NCBI GenBank assembly: GCA_051294905.1
Contig: CM119382.1
Span: 11,842,001 to 11,906,000, forward strand
Origin: Botryllus schlosseri
Lineage: Eukaryota
Direction: 5' to 3'
Length of the DNA stretch: 64,000 nt
Positions within the stretch are counted from its first letter, which is position 1, and every line of letters begins with the position of its first letter. Both the position numbers and the translations under genes were made by a program. Below the pieces are notes generated by a model. That model made no database searches. It saw nothing but the letters and a program-made list of their open reading frames with translations, and was not told the origin of the DNA. Positions 1 to 14,000 of the stretch are shown in pieces.

Positions 1-2994
1 AACCTCAATTAGAAGTATGCCATTCTTTCTTTGAAGCCTGAGAATTTGAACCCCACCGAGTTACCTTCTCTTAGTAACCAAGTACCGACAGGATACATCC
101 GGTGCAATGTACGCTGTTTGTCGTGGGATTAAAAGCTTTCATCATTCAGCTTTTGCATATTTTTTGCATTCTACTGCCGTTATCGTATGGGGTTCATTGT
201 CGCTGAGGATTAATGTTTTCTAATGAGAATGACGGCCTTCATCATACGGTGAGATATGAAAGGTGATAAAAGCTATTGGCGCTACCGGTGCTAAATAATA
301 CGGTCAGGTAAACTATGTAGGGAATTGGAGAGCATCTTAGCGAAGGAATGATAAAAGCGCGGATAGTATACATTACCGTAGGCACAGCAAGCCGATAGTG
401 TCACATCGAGGGAATTGTTACGAGAAAAAGTACAGCCTTTTTTCGGTTCACAGCGAAACTTTGTACATCTTGGTAAAAGATCGATAGTTGCGCGAAGCAT
501 CTCTCGCGTGTAGTTGTGCTTTGTCGCCGGCACAACCTGTCGTAAAGGTCTGACGCCTCAGAATAACCGCATGCGCATCAGATGACAAAGCGGAATTCTC
601 GGAGTTGCTCATAGAGCTTGCTAATCACTTCAAGCGGATTTTCAGGCAGACATATATGAAAAGAGATAATGCAGCCGGAACGTTTAACGCAGCATTATTT
701 TATTATTCCGTGACCTACAACAGTACTTCATAGTTTAGTTGACAATCTTTATGCATAGCAAAGATAACTTTCGTTTTAAATTGTTCGGTGCCACAGTATA
801 CACATCGGAATAGTGGGAGTCAGCGTGCTTTAATATTTTGGATGTGCAATGTGCATTACTAGTAGATAGATCTACTGTAGTAAGATACAGTAAGGAATGG
901 TGTACAGCCAGCATAGAAATCGTGTCGGCGATTTTATACGAACTCACATGTTTAGATAAACGTAACAGAATATAACCGTTTCTTATCTGATAAGAAAAAG
1001 AGGAAAAACAGAAACGATCTCGCCAAACATATCCTGCACTTCCGCTACAACGTATGGAACAAGTGTAATTTAAATGGGACGATTACTGAAATGTAGGCCG
1101 ACACGTCGTTCTCTAATACATTCATCCCCCAGGTCACATCCTAAGCCGAAACGTAAATAACATTTCCCGATTCGCTTCGACGTGAAAATAGTACAGAGCA
1201 TCTGTGAAGGAAACCGCGCTCACACGACAGTTGGCGAACCGAGACATAGCCAATCGCGTAAAGATACCTTTTCGTTCGTGGCAGATCACCGTAACCAATT
1301 CGGATTTTGAAGCAGGAAGGAAAATTACAAAATGACAACATAAAAGGTCACGACGGTATGGCAGCTAAAAATTGCGATTCGAGTCAAACTAGCGCCAGGC
1401 ATGTCTGATACCGCAGTCGATGAGTATGACAAATATCACTTTGCTGATACCATAACACTTGGAAAGTTGTAGAGTAGATTGTAGACAGATGTAAGTGGGT
1501 GACATTATAACTTGGTAGTTTGTAGAATGATCTGGAAATTATTGACGTACACGATACTACAGAAAAGCTTTATCCACTGTTTTGTGAACCGACATGATAA
1601 TCAAAATTATATCACATTCTATTGTAGCACATAGTCAAAGATTTCTTGATTGAACCTTATCTAATAATCTTCAGGATCGGTGATGTGAGAGCTCATCATT
1701 TTGAGAAAGGACGGGCCAATTTCGTTGTCAGTTTCGGCATTAGTAAAAAGAAGTTATACTTATTCACAAAGGCGGCAGACGCTAAATTATACATGAGAAA
1801 ACCGGCACGCTCCGAAAATGCGTTTCCGTGGTTTTTATAATATCCCCAAACAATATGTTTGATATAATTTGGAAAATAGCATAATTCGAAAACTAAATTA
1901 CGCTCGATTCTCTGTATAATTAGCGGCATTGACGCAAAATTCGCAAAGCTACCCAACGCTTACGTAGCGGTGATATACACTTTGTTATGACAGCGGGAAT
2001 TGATGACGTGTGATATGATTGACAAATTCTGAAAGATCCTGCCGCATTATTGTTACCGCGCAGTATTCGCGGTCGAACGCAAAATCCGACAGCAAGATAT
2101 TCAGCTGAGAATATGAAAGGGAGGAGATGTTTAATTGTAGGAAAGTGCGCGGTAGTAAGGCTAGTATTACCCGCGTATCAGCTATTCAAATGTTCGTGCT
2201 CGTGGTGAAGCATCGTATGTTGCCTGGTATTTGACTTTTTTGATTGTTGATGATGAGCGATTATAGAAGTCTTTGTATTCGAACTATTTATAAGTGTTGA
2301 CACAGTCGTTCCCGCAAGTCCAGTGTAAATGTCATACGGAGGCCCGGCTAATACGATTTGCGGCGCATTTTCGAGAACTAGGTCGCACCCTCCAATATAC
2401 CTCTGGAAGGCGTTGTAATCGTAAGCGCATTACGTGAGATGAGATTCGGCAACAGTGGGGTCATTGCGGCGCAGTTAACTCAAGAAGAAGTACCAAAAAC
2501 ACATCCTTGCAAGGAATTAAGACCATTTGTAATCCACCCGACAGCACTCCAGAGTGAAAATTAAATCCTCATCAATGTGCCCAAATAATTCATCGTACCA
2601 AAGTATGTAATAGTGGTTGTCAGAAACAAAGTATTGTTACTTTACTGGGGTACTCAAGTAGGTTTTGTCTACATGCACTGCTTACTGGAGTGGTTATGTT
2701 TCAGACTAATTCCACTTCAACTTTTTACACTTTTGATTTTGAAAAGTACAAAGTAGTTTAGACAAAGTCTTCATCACTATTACGAGTTAGAACAGTCAGA
2801 AAAACGGCAGGAAATAGCCCCTGTATGGCTGTATCTCTGTAACTGAACATATTTTCGAAAATTGCGCCAATTTGTGGTGTCATCTGTCATTTTGCGTTGG
2901 CCGGGACGATTCATCTTTTATTTGGAAAGTAGCCACCCCTCCCACGATTAACCGCTAAAAGTATGCGATCCCCCGACATTGGCCGACAATATCT

Positions 2995-3158
2995 GGTTTT
3001 TCAACTATACTTACTCGAGTATATTTCATACCGATCATTTGCTACTTCCACTCGAAGTAGTTTTGATATGTCTTGGAAATCGATACTTCTACTTGTAATT
3101 CAGTAGAAATTTCCGTCGTTCTACCCGAGAACGAACGATGATTATTATACCACCACTG
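2995..3158. repeat. Degenerate fragment of the AGTAG-rich MITE family ending ...ACCACCACTG, 46 nt before the SLC1-like acceptor
   Basis: tactcgagta/ctacttcca/cttctacttg motifs shared with copies at 14076, 19245 and 35251. Confidence 0.4.
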
Positions 3159-3249
3159 GTCATGAATGGATGAAAATAGATCTTTTACTCTTTCCCATAC
3201 GCAGACGCGTACCTAAGCTTATAACGTGCGACAGCAGCCTTGCAATGAC

Positions 3250-5045
3250 ATGGCTCACACCAATGGCAGGGTTATGATGAGAGACTCCTGCGCGTCAACA
3301 GCGTACTCACCAGCCAGTTTCGCGGGAACGGACGGTATCCGGGATACTACGACATCAGCGCCTCTCGACGACAAAAGCGTGGAGGAATTGGACCGCATTA
3401 TGGACACGCTGACCACGCTAACTAGGGACTCGGCTAGAGTCCGCAATTGCAACCACGAGAAATACGCGTTGCCTTCGCCGGAAGACTCCCTATCAAAGAC
3501 TTACCCGGAACAAACATCTACTTCATTCACCAAAAACATCGCGACTGTGTATCCGACACCGGTGTCCCCGTCGATACCGCCACCTACCACGTCACCGCCT
3601 CAAACGCCTATGCAGCACCAGAGGAACTTCACAGCCCACCCTAAAATCATGACGCTGGCGTCATTAACGCCAAAGCAGTCGATGTACACGGCCACTAGAA
3701 GCGACGCCAGAAACCCGGCTACCATGCCGCGACTGCCTGCGAATCCGTACGAAAATACCAGTATACTACACGGCAGTCATGTCACGCCGCGTTCTAACGC
3801 GTTACACCCGAACGTGGAGCACACCAACCCGTTTCCTCTAGTTCCGGACAGTCCGTACGTGAATAAGCACCCATCTGTAGGCGACGGCGGCGGCCTATGC
3901 TTTTTCGGGAGCGCGCCTTTGCCTGCAAACCCCCCTGCGAATACCGGTACCCCTCGCGCCGCCCCAGAACAACAGAGCCATAACAACACCACTCCCGCGA
4001 CAGATAATAGCAATCGCAATGATATGAACAATATGCGATCGTTTCGCGATGTCACTTCATTCCACAGGCCTGATAACCAGTCGCAGGAAGCGCACACTTT
4101 ACCGGCGTATAACGAAAAACGCAGCTACCTCAAAAATCTGGAAGAAGGCACGCTGCCTCGGCCTAGAGTCGACTCTGTGAAACAACTCAATTCGCAAAAC
4201 GCAACCCCAGCCACAAGTCGAAAGCATCAACAAAAGCCGAGCTTTACGGAAGATACTTCTGAGACTTTAAGTCGGCTTTCGTTAAGAAGACCCCGTAAAG
4301 TCGGCGGAGCCAAGCGAGCGCCGGGGAAATTCGGAGCGTACAATTTATCGAAATCTTCATCCAGGCATTCGACTACCTCATTCAACTCTTACGATCTGGG
4401 TCGAAATTACGCTTCCGTGTCCACCGCGCCCGCGTCCACCCACGGCCTTATCCAGCACGAGGTGCTACCACACGGTCGTAAAAAACGGCTGCCATCGGCC
4501 CTCGAAAACGCGGAGTCCCCGAGCTCGGACGAAGACGAGGAAAACTGCTGCGTGAAATACGGAAGATTTCTGCACTCGCATGTGTTGGAACTGTTGATTT
4601 TGGTGGCGTTTTTCGCCGGGCTGCCCGCCGGTATCGTGATACAAGCCACGCGGTTTGACACGACGGAACACTTTCAAAAGTATTATGTCTTTTTCGGCTC
4701 TACAATGCTACCGATGATTCTATCTACTCTGACGCCGCTCCTGGTAGTCAGTTCTATGTTAAGCGGCGTTGGAAACCTGACTTGTAAAGCGTTGAAGCGG
4801 TTCACTTCCTTAATATTATTCTATTTTTTGATGTCCACCGTTACCGCTATCGGTGTTGCTATTATGTTTTCTCTTCTACTGAACCCGGCCGCGCCATTGT
4901 CGGCAGTTGATGCAAATTCTACTAATCTGACGACATACGGGAGAATTGTCATAGGAGTCGCCGAAAAGGGGGAATCTATGAACGTTTATGACACGGAGAA
5001 GGACAAGCATATAACGGCCACTGACGAGATATTACGTTTGCTACT
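3250..5045 (+). CDS. SLC1-like exon 1: long disordered N-terminus plus TM1-TM3
   Basis: 607-aa ORF in track; first in-frame ATG at 3250; acceptor ...gcag at 3204; donor CT|gtaagt at 5046. Confidence 0.9.
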
Positions 5046-8000
5046 GTAAGTATAAACGAGCTTTTATATATTCTAGTTTTCAACGCAACAGGCCCATTGC
5101 AAGATGTATGTAGATGCCATTGTAATTAGCGGTGGACTTGAGTACCGGTTAGATGTATTTTTTGCGCCACAAATTACAATCATTATTATCATTACACTGT
5201 TTACAAAGAATTAGACACTAGACATAAATCCTAACATTAGCGGTAACGCTCTGCTTACGCGTAGATTACGGATGTCAGTGTCATGATCTCTGGCAGTCAG
5301 CAACGCTGCTCATTGAGGAATTTGTGAAATCAAATCTTCTCACTTCATGCCATTAAATGCAAAGGAACGAATAATTCTGGTCACCCCCTTTCTCGTTCAG
5401 ATAGGCTTTCCTTTACGAGTAATGAAGTTGGTGGTCTGTGCAATTCTAGTATCACATCAGTGATTATTACATTGATGATTTTGTTACCCATGCTCCCAAT
5501 TTTTATCGCGTTATTATAGCACTATAAATCGTATAGCGTAAGCACTTTCCTCTTGAAATTTCACAAATGGTGTCGATAATGTCCTGTCGTATATCCTACA
5601 ACTAATTTATGTAAGGTCTTTCATTGGACTATTGCAATGCGAAATCAGACCCACATTTTTATCACAGTTAATCCGGCCCCATAAACATTTTTCATACATT
5701 ATCTCTTCGATTCGTCCAAATCACCACTATTTCTGCAATCTTGACATTTAATGATTGCGAAGTGCATGGCCTATTGTGACCGTTACGCGTTGAATAATTG
5801 TAAGTCTTTCCGAGTTAAGTTTCGTAATCCGAGTCGCATCTAAAGGTGACCTTAAGCGTTGACATCACATCCCTGTCTGCTACGTTCACAACGTAATATT
5901 ATCTCCTGTACGAAAATCACAAAACACTGTTTTTCAAGTAGTGGCGTCCATGAGAATTACCTTTGGCGGGCGATGGGATTCCCAGAACTGTTGCGTTCTA
6001 TCGCCCAAAGAAGACGACCGCGTGAGTAAGGCGCTAATTGGAATCATTGCCTGGAAGTATGAGATGAACGTGTCGCAAGTTCATGTATGCGTCGGGTTTG
6101 ATGTAAATACAGCGCAACCACATTCCTTCACGCGACTATATATTCCAAGCTACACGCCGTTCGGGTGATATAGGTATGCATCGCCGATCATACGTGACGA
6201 AATAGAAATACCACTCTGGACACCCCTTACGACAAAATATGTGATGACGAATGTGTTAATATCACAGAATTTCTATTTTAGAATGTTCTTTCCCGGCTGC
6301 GGAGCTCCGAACGTCAGTTACAACGATGGGGTGAGTGAATTCTCTGGCTTCACGACCAGCACTATAGCATATGCGACTTGCGATGGTATGATCAATTTAT
6401 CATAGATCAGTTACCAAGTACAAGGACTGAAGTATGTTTTCCCCGTCTGCACCATTTACACGAGTGGTATTACTCTAGAAATATCTCCAATTGTATTTAC
6501 GCTGTTTCTGAACCAAAATCGCGTGTTATTTGGTGGTAGGTATTATCATTTTTATCAACGAAATGATACCGCAACGTTAACGCAACGTTATTGCCTTGTA
6601 TGACGATGATACGCGTATACAGTTTTAAAATTGAATGTATGAACTATGAATGCAGCATGATCACTGATCACTGATCAGCCATTCTTACATATATATGCCC
6701 TCGCAGTCAAACTCTCTCCCGTTTTAGAAATCGCAACTTCTATGTGTATATCTGTTTAAAACATGGCCCTTGTTTAAAACATGTTTTATATTTGTTTTTT
6801 CAGCCATTACGCAACGAATCTTTAATTGTGACGTCAAAATGGATTGACATTGATAATTGAAAATATATAGGGTAACTATGGCCCCTTGACGAAAAAGGCT
6901 TCCGACCCCTCTCATAAACGGACCAAAAAATATCTTTAACCAGGACTACATCATTATGTAGCATTTCTTACGATCGGCGGTCTATCGTCATCAGAACATC
7001 CATTCCGTACCAATGATCTATATTTACGTGCTATAATTGTTGAACCTACGACGGTTTCGACGGTTCTAACCACTCCATATTATATACCTCGACGATACTG
7101 GGTGCAAATCGTCCGTAGGCTCATACTACAGTTATGGCATAATTATACATCTTTTGTAAACAACACAATTTTGTTACTTTTAAAGCGGCATGTTTTTAAA
7201 AACACTGTTTAAAACATGTTTTAAACAAAGTGTTTTAAAGCAACATTTGTTTTAAATGCAACCATATGCGTACCCAAGTCTCAGTAGAACTATACTACTG
7301 TATTACTTAAACGCTCCGTTCAAGGTATATTTTTCACCATAGGCAAGCGTGCTACCACAGTATTTTTTAGTGAACATCAACTGCATTATGGAACACACGC
7401 CCAATTATCACTTATCATCGGTACATCAGAAATGTAGGTCGTTTTCGTAGTGGTGTCCTCTTCCTGCTTGTCATTTATTAGAACCTCATACTACAATCTT
7501 TTGACGATATGCTTAGTTGCTTACACAATCCACGATTCCAATTCGAAACAAAATTGACGTGCATTTTTTGAAGTCACTGAAAGGGCAGCAATTCTGCATA
7601 GGCTATATGTCGGAAACAAACGTTTCGAAAGGTTCAACAGTTTGAGAACTTAAATCCCACAATTTCAGTCATGCTGGTTGCAACAACAGCCTCTCTGCGA
7701 GAAAGCGATCAACTTCGTGTCTCAATCAATTCAATCAATATATAACTCAATAGCTAACAGATAAAGACAGGTCTCATTCTGAATAAATTCCTTCGTAAAG
7801 ATCAATAGCTCCATTGCTAGCAGAGCAAGAAAGTCGCCACTTGATATTCACAATCAGAATAAAAACTTGAGTCGCAACTACTCTTTACAGTTCTGCAACT
7901 TGTTCGTCATCGCGCTATTTGCCGGACTCGTCGGAATCGGCGCCTCCATTATGAATTTGGAAGGTGGGCCTATTCGTCACGTTCTGTCGCAAATAGGAAT

Positions 8001-11000
8001 GGCCATGTCAAACATGGCAGATATCTTACTGTGGTGAGTATTTTCGATAACACCTTAGTTAGAAGCGGGTATCAACAATGCCGCTTGACTGTATGACTTT
8101 GTCTGATAGTAGATAACAAACGCCATTTAATCGAGCGTGTCGTATAGAGCTGAATTATCATGAAGCATGTTTTAATTACCTGGGTTTTTATACGCGCAGC
8201 GCAAGTATACGATCACAGCATCAATCCGCAGCGCCATAACTCACAATCGCGAGTTTGCTGACGGCTGGCACACACCATGACCTATCGATGACAGCCTTTC
8301 GTCGTTATTGGCGTCTTGACAAAACAAACGCTATCAATTTGCGCTAAAAGAAGTTCTCGTCAGGTCCTTGGGAATCCAAACATTCGAACCGCCGTGAACT
8401 TTCAATGCGAAACATTTATTAGTCGAAGGATCGTGTCGGGCTTGGAAAAAATTCAAGGAGAAACTGACGGCCCAAGTTCGTTATCATTGGGACTTCAATG
8501 GGAAATCGATTATGACGTCAGATGTTTTGATTTGCGAAATTCCAACAGCAGCATGCCACTTCGACAGGCGCTGTAGTACCGGTACTATTTTTAGAGTAGC
8601 AGCAGTCGGGTTATTAAAATGGCACATGTCATGCGGGATTTATCAAATTACTTACCAGAAAATTCCTATTGTGTGAAGTAGGATGCAGTTGTCTTTCAGC
8701 AACTGCGTTCAAGTCGCACTGGGAAATGACCGCAACTCGTTATCAATAGGCGTTTATGATTTTGCACGTGGTGGGATGAGATGAGTGCGAATGGAAATAC
8801 ACTGAGTTGAGATGACAGTATGTGCTGCAATTTCCGCCGAGAATCCACACCCCGGGAGAATACACTATGCTCTAGAGTTCAGACATTCCATTGAAATGAG
8901 CTGCGATTGTGAACTTTAGTGCTTTGTAGACCTACAATGTATATTGGATTTCCCCGATCATCATGGGTAGTCTGTATCCCCCTCAAGATTGAACCTTCAC
9001 TACGAAATCAAGCTGCTGTATAGGTAACGTTCGCGAATCTAGGATTTGCGGTTTTTCTGTTCAAGGAAACTGCGATTCGTCCGCAGATTAACAAAACTCG
9101 GCTTGTCGTGTACAGAGAAACTGCCGGCACATGGTTGAGAATATTCAAAAATAAGCAAAATTTTCTAATCTGACGTCAGTGTAATCAGAATCTCGAGATC
9201 TTATTTGAACCATCCTTTTGAACCTCGGATCAAACGCGGCGGCTTGCCGCAACGGAGTCTGCACTTCGTGCTAAGAGCGAGTCGATTTTCATCGAGTATG
9301 TACCATATCTGTTGTTCCCCAATGCTCGACTCATATATTATGCATTGATTTGTACCTCATAATAAGAAATAACGAGCCGGTTTGGGACCTAGGCTTCACC
9401 ACCGCCATCTGCTTTTGGGTCGACGCATACTGTGTATTGGTTATTGAATAGGCAAAACAGATCAATACCGACATCATTATCAGAGAACGTTACCGCATGG
9501 AGTGCCATAATATGCATAGCTTTATTAACTGATAGGTAGAAAGGGTTGTGTTTTACGACGATCTCAACGGCTGTCGAGATCATAAGGTACCAATAGTTTA
9601 CAATGCTCAATTGATCAACGTAAGGTCGTGGTCGTGGCATATACGATACGGCATTGTACAGTATATCCGCACACGTGGCATAAGGTAGAAGATATTGCGT
9701 TTACTGTATTATACTAAGATCATTTCAGGTGTTAACGTAAAACTTTAACGTGATATTATTATCGTTCGATTAAGCTTCTGTAAATGTCAAGGTTCGGCGT
9801 ATTTCAAAGATCCCAACGCAGCGATGGCGAGAGATGAAACTCGATATTTTGACATGTCACATAAAGACCAATTGCGTTATGACGTAATGAATATAATCGC
9901 TAATTGACGGCAACGGAATTCGGCGGTGTCACAATCCTGCAGGCCTAGCAAACGTGGCAGCAGGATAGCAACTTACAATTTAGATTTTAGAATATACCAA
10001 CCAGAACTCAAGATATCCCTGATACCAACACGCAACATATACCGATAAAACTCACGAATGGTTCCTTCGTTAGGATGGGGAAGTGAAGTGGTACTGTTTA
10101 CATAATGCCGGTTGAACTGTGCCATGAACCTATGTAGTATGCATTTATTGGGTGAGGATTCTTCACGTATTTCAGTTCGTTATGTTATTTTATTCACAAT
10201 GTCTGTGGACTACTTATAAAGCGTCAAAACATAACAGCTCAACTAAATTTACGCTCCGCGGCTCTTTCTCATTCGACTTAGTATACTCCACTCACCGTGA
10301 ATAGGAAATTGGATACATGCTCCACTTGATACTGTGAGAGATATAGCATTACCAACATTTTAGGCCTTAATTTATCACCGGGATCGCGCGAATTGTCACG
10401 CAAACAGGATGTAAATTGAATATGTTATGCGAAAACGCGGGATTAAAGTACTTTCCTACAAATGAAAGAACATCGCATTCAACGGACGTGATGTTAGTTG
10501 TGTGATTAAAATGTAAATGATACCGAGGAGCTCTTCAGAAACTCATGATTTACACGAAAAAATATCAGTGGGCGAAAGGTGCGAATGGCCTCTCCAAATC
10601 TTCGACCCGGGACTGCATGACGTGAATAGTTTTTACTGCCTCAAAATGTATATTGGTGAAGTCGCGATAAGCTTTGTTTAACCTATGAGTAAGTTCAATT
10701 CCCAAACAACCTCCAAGCAGTCAACAAGTCTGCGAGAGTACTGCTTCATAGTATCGCTTTCCTCAAGTCGACAATCTGCCGGCACTCATCTCGATCCAGC
10801 GCGAAAGGCGATCACATCGGCACATCGTTGTTGGAATTTATCGAGCGGGGAATATCTCGCGGAAACAAAGGCGCCATTAGCCAGCGCTAAACACAATCCT
10901 TCTCGCGTGAGAGTGACTGTCCCAAGAAACACTTGGCTGTATTGCGAAATGGTTTAGTGCATGTATATTGTATCACCCTTCCATATACCGCTTTCCATGT

Positions 11001-14000
11001 CTTGTTCGATTGAGTGGAGACTATGGAATATTGGATTGGAATATAGGAATGCAATTATCACTCAGCACGCAAACACAGCTGGCAAGCATACCAGCGCAAA
11101 TTTGAGAAACGACCGCCGTAGACCTATGTAAACCATAATATATGAACTCACGAATGCTATCAAACGTGACGAACCTGATACACCTGGGTAAAATTGGTGA
11201 AAACTACACCACACTGTCGGTATAACCGCAGGTTTGAGCACGCAGGACACTTCAGAAATATCCCTATTATAAGAATATCCGGACACACTTAGGTCGGAGA
11301 TAAGACAGAAGATGATTGTTTACATTTAAATGCTTAACGACAGGCAACGGATACAGCCTGTAGATAAACAACAAGAGACCACACGCCTGCGCGGACTCAA
11401 CAGAGGTGATAGTCGCGACATTATCGTATCGAAATCTCTAATTCGTTTGAGTCCAATCTGTATATTTCGAAAAGAGTTAATAAGTCGATACATACAAATA
11501 TTCCGCTTTAAGCATTGTAATTAGTGTCAAAATAAATCCTGGCTCTAACATTGTCCTGTTCATGATATTCAGTTTCGCTATAGCTCAGACAGTATATATA
11601 GACATCAAAAAGTAGCATTAATACCGACTCAAAATTCATCAAATTACATTGGAATTTGAAGTCATTTGGTTTCTTTATTCCGGCAACACATAAGTATAGA
11701 ATCATAAATATGAACTTAACGGCCATGAAACTCTGGTTCCTTTTGCAACACATTCAGTTCGCTGCATTTAATCGAACGAGCCCTATCTCCACTCAGTGTT
11801 AATACCACTTCCCGCCATACACATCGTTTGCGATTATCTCCGACTAGTACTTGAATAGCTTCACTTGGGATGTATCCTATTAATATTGACACTTGACTTG
11901 ACAAATCTGACGTTACATTGCATCTTGAGACGATTATACGTCCTGTTCAACCGATTCACACACCGCGTATTTGATCTGACTAATGCGATTCAGGAAATCC
12001 TACTCTTACGCCAGCCCTACGTCCGTGAGAATTTGTACATACATTCCCAAATCATAACGTATTCTAGAAATTTCTGAAATTGCATTTTCAAGCCAATGGT
12101 TTCTTGGTATGCGTGAGATTTCCGTGATTTTGATAATTGTTCTCCTTCCTTCACAGTTTTTGCTTTCTGACTTTTTCATAGCCAGCATTGAGCTACTTTG
12201 CGTACGCGCGTGGACACTGGACAGCATGTGCTAGCGATTTATAGTTAGTGCTGAAATAAATGAAAAGCCATTCCATCATTCATACATGTTAAATCAACGG
12301 GCTCTCCTGTGAGAACGACATCGTAATGTTTGTGTAGTTTGTTCAACATTTTACGAACCGTAATAAAAGTCATGTTGTGGAAAAACAGTACCGCAAATCG
12401 CCGAAAAGCTTAGTTGTTGTAATTCGGGAGAAGTGGAACACCTTTACTCCGCGCCGTCCAAGGCCTTCTACGAAGTATGGATTGGTTATTAATAATGCAT
12501 AAGAGCATAAAAACTATACCTTTTTGAACTTATTGAAGATATGGTGCACGTGCAATGGCGTCTAAGAACGGTATAAATTTTTCATGTAGCCTCGTTTACC
12601 CCAATTAATCCAAGATCAATATACATTCATCCGGTAAATATCCTTTCTGGGAGGCGCATTGCATTGACGTGAAGTAGACTACTGCGAATACAAAACTGCA
12701 TATGCATTTTAACGACGTAGGTGTTTGATGATCACAGAAATTCCACAATGTCGTCACACGGGACTGTGTTCTTAACACTTTGACTACGGAGCCTTAAAAC
12801 AACCAATTCCAGACACAGATATTTTGTGATGCGAGTAGTACCCAAGTAGGCCTGACTTAAGTTTATCTTGAACTAGATAATAGGGCTTACGAATGAACTG
12901 AACACTCAGATATATATAGCATGCGCGAGGTTTTTGAATAAGCGTTTCTTTGACTGACGAGTTCCAATTCATCAGGACTATGAGTCCATGAGACACTATG
13001 ATCCTGATGCAACAAGTTCAGCTGGTTCAAGGCAGTAATAACATCGGGCTAGGAATGAAGTTTTCAACCAATGGGCCAATACCGCAGTGGTTTTTGCGAA
13101 GGTGACTACCTTTTTTTAGTAATCTGCTTCCCAAACAGGACCGTGAGTTGAGTAGGTCTGAGTAACGGTGCTGTACCTTCAGTAATTAGTATATTTTGGA
13201 GGGAAATGGCACAGAATAAATATATGTGAAAATTAGATCAAATTCCATTTCGAAGTTACACTAGGATTCAAACTTAGTTTCACCCAACGCGATACGAATT
13301 CAATAGGCCTACACGTCGAACACGCATAGATTTGGATTGGTACACTTATACTTGTTCACTGAATGTATGAATGTCCGTGACGGTATGGTTTGTTACATTA
13401 TCAACAATCTATCTAATTCTATCAGGTACGTCCCGATTGGAGTATTTTTCATCACATCGGAGCTCGTAGCGACGCAAATAAACTGGACAAGTATCGGGTA
13501 CGATTTGCAGTTGGACAAGATTGGGATTGAAAACGCAACAACAAATAGTCTCGAAACAGACGCAATCGTACTCCATCACGCCACCCAGCGATTTATACTG
13601 ACAGTGCTTGCCAGTATAGCAATTCACTGCTTCGTACTGATGCCCATAGTCGCGTGCGTCGTTACGCTGTCGCGGCCATGCGCTGGAATGAGTTTCAGGG
13701 TATCGGGTCCATTGATCGCGTCATTTAGCCTCGGATTCAGGTGAGGAAATAGGTCGAATGGCGTTGAAAAATTCAGATCCACGAATTACTTACCTTTCTC
13801 ATGTTATCAATTTGGTTCCCTCTCTATATATCGTCGCTGTGGAATCAAAGTAGCTATGTCCATTTCACAGATTTTGAAAAAATTACCTTTAAATCAACAT
13901 GACAAAGATAAACAAAAAACATGGACAAGATATGGCCGAAAAAATTAAAATTAAAAAAAAAAAAACTTGACTTTCTATCAATTTGAAAAATGGGTCTCAA

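Noticed and set aside
1646-1840. 64-aa ORF after a cttcag acceptor upstream of the SLC1-like gene
   Set aside because: No homology and no connectable exons.
10685-10957. 90-aa ORF with a nearly open antisense frame in SLC1-like intron 3
   Set aside because: Internal stop on the minus strand and no identifiable homology; may be a decayed repeat but unsupported.
11062-11286. VLKPAVIPTV resembling the THAP-domain LKPxAVPT motif
   Set aside because: Upstream C2CH zinc ligands are absent and a stop precedes the ORF.
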